A DNA stretch of 12,613 bases from Elainellaceae cyanobacterium (lineage in GTDB: Bacteria; Cyanobacteriota; Cyanobacteriia; CAZCXK01). The notes under the pieces were generated by a model that made no database searches, was not told where the DNA came from, and saw nothing but the letters and a program-made list of their open reading frames with translations. Positions 9,088 through 12,613 of the stretch are shown in pieces. The stretch is from NCBI GenBank assembly GCA_051117555.1, contig JBNPEG010000118.1, positions 1 to 12,613 on the forward strand. Reading direction: 5' to 3'. Every line of letters starts with the position of its first letter. Position 1 is the first letter of the stretch. The translations under genes and the position numbers were made by a program.

Positions 9088-9154
9088 AGATCCCCGGCTT
9101 CTGTATCGGGATATTTTAATGGTAGCTAAGGGAAAATCGAGAAGCCGGGGATCT
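9088..9154. repeat. 15-bp perfect inverted repeat (dispersed palindromic element)
   Basis: AGATCCCCGGCTTCT 9088-9102 and AGAAGCCGGGGATCT 9140-9154, 37-nt spacer, between divergent Uma2 and GNAT genes. Confidence 0.9.
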
Positions 9155-9326
9155 ACCAAACCCTATTTATTACTTAAGGCATAGATGTATCCATTGGTAT
9201 TACTGTAAATTAGCTTAGGCTACTACAATCTTTTAAGAAATCTTCCAACAAAATCCATACACCCAACATCGCAAAGATGCGTCACCATAATTAACTCTGC
9301 CACTTTAAATTGCAGGGATGCTATTC

Positions 9327-9821
9327 ATGACACTCTCCTATCAGGACTATCAGATTCGACCATGGCAACCAGGCGATCGCCAGTTAGTTGCAGACTTAGT
9401 TCGCACGGTCTTAGGCGAATATGGAATGAGCTTTGATCCTGACCACACCGATCGAGATGCCGTTCACATCGAAGACGCCTATTGGAATACGGGCGGCGAG
9501 TTTTGGGTCATTGAGTGGAATGGCAAACTAGTCGGCAGTGGAGGGTTTCATCCGATTGAGCGAGGAGAGCAAAGCGTCGAACTTCGAAAGATGTTTCTCT
9601 TACCAGAAGCACGAGGACATGGACTTGGGCAATTCTTGCTCGAACAGATCGAAAAAGCCGCGATCGCCAAGGGGTTTAAGCACATGTGGCTAGAAACCGC
9701 GACGGTGCTTACGGAAGCCGTGCGGCTCTATGAGAAAAACGGATATCGCCCACCCGCTGACAACGCAAAAGGCTGTGTTGCCCGGTGCGATCGCCTGTAT
9801 GTCAAAGTGTTGGCTCTTTAA
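9327..9821 (+). CDS. GNAT family N-acetyltransferase
   Basis: VELRKMFLLPEARGHGLG acetyl-CoA motif, LET..EAVRLYEKNGY. The start could also be 9318. Confidence 0.9.
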   Translation: MTLSYQDYQIRPWQPGDRQLVADLVRTVLGEYGMSFDPDHTDRDAVHIEDAYWNTGGEFWVIEWNGKLVGSGGFHPIERGEQSVELRKMFLLPEARGHGLGQFLLEQIEKAAIAKGFKHMWLETATVLTEAVRLYEKNGYRPPADNAKGCVARCDRLYVKVLAL

Positions 9822-10899
9822 TAGACAAATACCCAGTCAACAAAACATCTGAGCCCACCCCGCGCCACGTGAATCGATCGAGCAGTAGCGCATCGGTCAT
9901 TTGGGTATAGCCCAGGTCTCCGATGGGGGAAGGGGCATCGTGTCCGCCAATGATCTTGGGAGCTACAAATGCATACAGCTTCTGAATCACGCCATCGGCG
10001 ATCGCGCGTGCAGCCAAGGTGCCCCCACACTCCCATAACACCGCCAAACATCCCCGGTCATACAAATGCTGCATCACCTGGGCAGGCGTTAACGCGGCCA
10101 TACGTATCACCTCTACGCCCTTCTGCACCAGTGCCTGTTGAGTGTGAGAGTCTGCACCCGTCTCCGTAAGCACTAGAGTCGGCGCGATGCTCGTATCCCA
10201 AAGCTGAGCGTCAGTTGACACATTCAGCTTGCGGCTCATGACCACTCGCAGCGGCTCTCGCCCCATGCCTCGACTTGTGAGGAGCGGATTATCCGTTCGC
10301 AGGGTGTTGCCGCCGATGACCACCGCATCGCACGCTGCCCGCAACTGATGCACCTCGGCTCTCGCAGGCAGGCTCGTCACCCAAGCGCTGTGCCCTCCGG
10401 TGGCTGCAATCTTGCCGTCGAGAGTCATGGCATATTTGAGAATGCCAAACGGACGGTGATACCGAATCCGATGCACAAATGCCTCATTTAACTCCTGACA
10501 GGCGGTTTCTTCAACACCAACCACCACGTCAATGCCTGCATCCTTGAGTCGTGCAATGCCGCCGCCCGCCACTCTCGAATCAGGGTCTATCATGCCGACT
10601 ACTACTTTGGTGATTCCTGCTTGGATGAGGGCTTCAGAACAGGGTGGCGTTCGCCCGTAGTGATTGCAGGGTTCAAGGTTGACATAGAGGGTCGCACCAT
10701 TTGCGCGATCGCCCGCTTCCCGCAATGCAAACACTTCAGCATGGGGCTGCCCTGCCCCCGGATGAAACCCCTCCCCGATAATCTCCTCACCCTGAACAAT
10801 CACCGCACCCACCAGCGGATTGGGCGCAGTCTGCCCTGATGCTCGTCGAGCTAGCGCTAAGCAATGGTGCATCATGTGGCGATCGAATTCAGAGGTCAT
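9802..10899 (-). CDS. ribD: Bifunctional riboflavin biosynthesis deaminase/reductase RibD
   Basis: PNPLVGAVIV, HAE, LEPCNHYGRTPPC zinc motif, KYAMTLDGKIA, DNPLLT, ECGG, APKIIGG. Start placed at MTSEFD (ATG 10899). Confidence 0.97.
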   Translation of the reverse strand: MTSEFDRHMMHHCLALARRASGQTAPNPLVGAVIVQGEEIIGEGFHPGAGQPHAEVFALREAGDRANGATLYVNLEPCNHYGRTPPCSEALIQAGITKVVVGMIDPDSRVAGGGIARLKDAGIDVVVGVEETACQELNEAFVHRIRYHRPFGILKYAMTLDGKIAATGGHSAWVTSLPARAEVHQLRAACDAVVIGGNTLRTDNPLLTSRGMGREPLRVVMSRKLNVSTDAQLWDTSIAPTLVLTETGADSHTQQALVQKGVEVIRMAALTPAQVMQHLYDRGCLAVLWECGGTLAARAIADGVIQKLYAFVAPKIIGGHDAPSPIGDLGYTQMTDALLLDRFTWRGVGSDVLLTGYLSIKEPTL

Positions 10900-10930
10900 C
10901 GGTAATGCTCCAGCCTTTATCCCCGATAGT

Positions 10931-10965
10931 CTAACAGGCAAGAAGGATAGCTCGTTGCCTGTTAG
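10931..10965. promoter_or_regulatory. 11-bp perfect inverted repeat about 30 nt upstream of ribD
   Basis: CTAACAGGCAA 10931-10941 / TTGCCTGTTAG 10955-10965, 13-nt loop. A regulatory role is inferred from position only. Confidence 0.4.
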
Positions 10966-10997
10966 TTCTTCTCTAGACGCGATGTGCAACTATTTTG

Positions 10998-11045
10998 CCC
11001 TCACCTCCCCAACCCTCACCTCCCAAATCTGGGCGAGGAGGGGGC
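10998..11045. repeat. C-rich/G-rich palindromic intergenic repeat
   Basis: CCCTCACCTCCC(C)AA twice, then ATCTGGGCGAGGAGGGGGC, which can pair imperfectly with it. Confidence 0.55.
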
Positions 11046-11122
11046 TTGAAGCAACGCCCTCCTCGAAGAGTGGGTGAGTGCAGAATTTATCGGCGTTCTA
11101 GAAAAGCTGCACATCGCCTTAG

Positions 11123-11260
11123 TTAAGTATTCAACCCCCGGATGCGTTTGGTGAGAATCCGCATGACTTCATTCGGATTCACCGTGGGCAAAGGTTTCGA
11201 CCATTCACCGGGTTCGGCATAGTCGAGTTGATACATCTGCATGATGTGATGGTTGACGAC
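11123..11260 (-). pseudogene. 3' fragment of a small cyanobacterial hypothetical gene, 5' part lost at a repeat element
   Basis: Manual translation VVNHHIMQMYQLDYAEPGEWSKPLPTVNPNEVMRILTKRIRGLNT*. It resembles, from memory, a cyanobacterial family with YAExxxWSxxLPTxxPxEVMxIL. The frame is closed upstream by TAA (11273-11275) inside the repeat. Confidence 0.6.
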
Positions 11261-11261
11261 A

Positions 11262-11397
11262 TAGAAAAACCATTAGCTCACCAACCATCCGTTGTACGGG
11301 CATGGCAATGCCTTAGCGAAGCCATGCCCATAGGGCTATTGCCCCTCCGAAAATCATTCATGCCCCTCCGAAAATCATTCGCCGATGAGCAATGCCC
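11262..11397. mobile_element. MITE/REP-like dispersed repeat, copy 2 (inverted relative to 828-972)
   Basis: Reverse complement matches 828-972 with three substitutions and lacks the extra ATTTTCGGA duplication of copy 1. Confidence 0.8.
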
Positions 11398-11696
11398 AGA
11401 TATTCACAGGTGAACCTCAGATATTCACAGGTGATGCTCAGATATTCATTCACCATGCTCAGATAATCAGCGGTGATGTGTGGGATATTGACTGGCGATG
11501 ATTAGACATTCACGTGTGATGCTCAACTATTCACAGGTGATGCTCAGATATTCATGGATGAATCTCAGATATTCATGGATGAATCTCAGATATTCGCAGG
11601 TGATGCTCAGATATTCACAGGTGATGCTCAGATATTCACGGGTGAACCTCAGATATTCACGGGTGAACCTCAGATATTCACAGGTGAACCTCAGAT
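11398..11696. repeat. Tandem array of 14 x 21-bp units, consensus AGATATTCACAGGTGA(TG/AC)CTC
   Basis: Units start at 11398, 11419, 11440, 11461 (22 nt), 11483, 11504, 11525, 11546, 11567, 11588, 11609, 11630, 11651 and 11672, plus a partial unit at 11693. Confidence 0.97.
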
Positions 11697-11749
11697 CAAT
11701 TGAACAGGACTTACGCACATGGAATCTTAGATGCTAGATATAGCGTGAT

Positions 11750-11800
11750 AGATCCCCCCTTCCCCCCTTGATAAGGGGGGTGCCGCAGGCGGGGGGATCT
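11750..11800. repeat. Branched palindromic element inside the MITE
   Basis: Outer AGATCCCCCC/GGGGGGATCT encloses CCCCCCTT-GAT-AAGGGGGG and GCC-GCA-GGC. Confidence 0.85.
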
Positions 11801-11879
11801 TGCAAAGCGCATACATTTACCACTACTGCGTAAGTATTTGATTGACTGACAAAACTTACCAGAACCCAGACCATTCAAA

Positions 11880-11940
11880 GGGTCAGGTAACCTGACCCCT
11901 ACATTGTCCGAAATTCCGTAGGGGCGAGGTTTCCTCGCCC
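11880..11940. repeat. Inverted pair of GTAG-type REP palindromes (REPIN-like)
   Basis: Minus strand GTAG-GGGTCAGG-TTA-CCTGACCC (11902-11880) and plus strand GTAG-GGGCGAGG-TTT-CCTCGCCC (11918-11940), 15-nt spacer. Confidence 0.85.
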
Positions 11941-11948
11941 AATGCAGC

Positions 11949-11972
11949 AATCCAAAATCCAAAATCCAAAAT
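11949..11972 (+). repeat. Heptamer short tandem repeat (AATCCAA) x3.4, STRR-like
   Basis: AATCCAA AATCCAA AATCCAA AAT. Confidence 0.85.
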
Positions 11973-12022
11973 TGGTCTAAGTCCTGTATAGATTCTCTGC
12001 AAAATCTAACCCCACGATCGCG

Positions 12023-12514
12023 CTAACTCGATGCTGACTCATTCTCTTCATTAGGCTTGGGCGATCGCCCTTTTATTGCTTTGAATAAGCTTCCGAGTTG
12101 CTCGGCGATCGCCTTGAGTCCGGGGGTTTTCTTGGCGGCTGTCTTCACGTAGTCATAAACCGTCAAACTGCTGCCCATCGCTTCACTGCCGACTGCCATC
12201 AGGGTGTCGTCGACTTGCTCGGTGAGCTGGCGTAATATCATCAAGAGTTCGGCGAGGTCGCTGGCAAGACGGTAATCGTTAGCATAGCCGTCTAGGTCAA
12301 AGCTGGCTGGCAGAATGTTGCGATTGCTTTGCGCAGCGCTAAAGCTGGTTTGGACAAAGGCAAGGCGCTTATCGCCCATTTTATAAAGCCGTCTGCGTTC
12401 GTCAACGGAGAGTGTCACCAAGAACGGCAGCTTTGCTTGGATAGTCTGAATGGCTTCCTGGATTTCTAGACGATCTTCGGGGGTGAGGGTGGCGTCAATA
12501 TTTTGATAAGGCAT
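12023..12514 (-). CDS. Hypothetical helical protein (163 aa), unknown function
   Basis: Clean ORF from ATG 12514 (MPYQNID) with AAGGA upstream; amphipathic helices; LPFLVTLSVDERRRLYKMGDK and VGSEAMGSSLTVYDYVK motifs, recalled as a conserved uncharacterised family; basic/acidic C-terminal tail. Confidence 0.88.
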   Translation of the reverse strand: MPYQNIDATLTPEDRLEIQEAIQTIQAKLPFLVTLSVDERRRLYKMGDKRLAFVQTSFSAAQSNRNILPASFDLDGYANDYRLASDLAELLMILRQLTEQVDDTLMAVGSEAMGSSLTVYDYVKTAAKKTPGLKAIAEQLGSLFKAIKGRSPKPNEENESASS

Positions 12515-12530
12515 TGTCAATGCATCCTTG

Positions 12531-12557
12531 TGGGAAAGTTCTTTTGTAAGTTTCCCA
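12531..12557. promoter_or_regulatory. Inverted repeat immediately upstream of the RBS of the 163-aa gene
   Basis: TGGGAAA 12531-12537 / TTTCCCA 12551-12557 with a 13-nt spacer. Confidence 0.35.
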
Positions 12558-12613
12558 AGTTAAGCCAATGTGCAACATTTCCTGCTATTGATTCAGGGTG
12601 GGTGATGCTGACA

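Larger units (their letters stand above)
11831..11982. mobile_element. 147-bp nested insertion bounded by TAAGT direct repeats, carrying a REP pair and a heptamer repeat
   Basis: TAAGT at 11831-11835 and 11978-11982; removing one copy plus the interval restores the MITE TIR. Confidence 0.7.
11705..11986. mobile_element. MITE with 13-bp TIR CAGGACTTACGCA/TGCGTAAGTCCTG; right TIR split by a nested insertion
   Basis: CAGGACTTACGCA 11705-11717; TGCGTAAGT 11827-11835 and TAAGTCCTG 11978-11986 rejoin into the exact reverse complement. No transposase and no clean outer TSD. Confidence 0.8.
1207..12112. repeat. Dispersed HIP1 octamers GCGATCGC (about 19 copies)
   Basis: Copies start at 1207, 1503, 1784, 2320, 2906, 3513, 4331, 4668, 6408, 7483, 7922, 8151, 9373, 9660, 9787, 9998, 10705, 12061 and 12105 (manual count). 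HIP1 is a known cyanobacterial hallmark. Confidence 0.95.

Noticed and set aside
1152..11077. Numerous short ORFs nested in or antisense to the main genes
   Set aside because: Shadow frames of well-supported CDSs with no independent evidence.
10900..11120. FMN riboswitch upstream of ribD
   Set aside because: No RFN consensus blocks are visible; only an isolated hairpin and a C/G-rich repeat.
828..11397. Composite transposon
   Set aside because: No transposase, no flanking target duplication, and the cargo includes the core gene ribD.
11228..11413. 61-aa plus-strand ORF
   Set aside because: Mostly a translation of the dispersed repeat and antisense to the gene remnant.
11398..11696. CRISPR array or TIGR-type guide array
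   Set aside because: Units are contiguous 21-mers with only 3-4 nt variable patches and several identical units; there are no unique spacers and no cas or Nop-domain gene in the window.
11498..11737. 79-aa plus-strand ORF (YSQVMLR repeats)
   Set aside because: Translation of the repeat running into the MITE, with no RBS; treated as a by-product of the array.
11711..11962. 83-aa minus-strand ORF
   Set aside because: Lies entirely within the nested MITE/REP sequence and has no transposase features.
12517..12613. Minus-strand open frame ending just before the 163-aa gene (VSITHPES...PTRMH*)
   Set aside because: Only about 31 codons are visible at the window edge, which cannot be distinguished from chance.

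Overview
Cyanobacterial chromosomal window, judged from about 19 HIP1 octamers (GCGATCGC, manual count) and cyanobacteria-type repeats. The core carries ordinary genes: MOSC-domain protein, a 78-aa hypothetical, B12-binding radical SAM protein, TspO, a secreted hypothetical, a 5'-truncated Asp/Glu racemase, GH13+CBM20 glucanotransferase/amylase, Uma2 endonuclease, GNAT acetyltransferase and ribD. Both ends are the unusual parts. Right end (11.1-12.6 kb): a 163-aa helical protein of unknown function is followed by a 14-unit array of 21-bp repeats with conserved TCA/TGA dyads. A MITE, with a second REP-bearing element nested in its right TIR, separates them; removing it puts the array about 45 bp after the stop codon. 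This gene+array pair is the best candidate for an undescribed system. The far side of the array abuts a REP-like element that truncates a small gene, and an inverted copy of that element lies at 828-972. Left end: an AT-rich 2-TM/coiled-coil ORF missing from the ORF track sits next to a cluster of TCTGTCTAA boxes with tyrosine-recombinase-site geometry. All family assignments come from motif recognition and memory; no searches were run.
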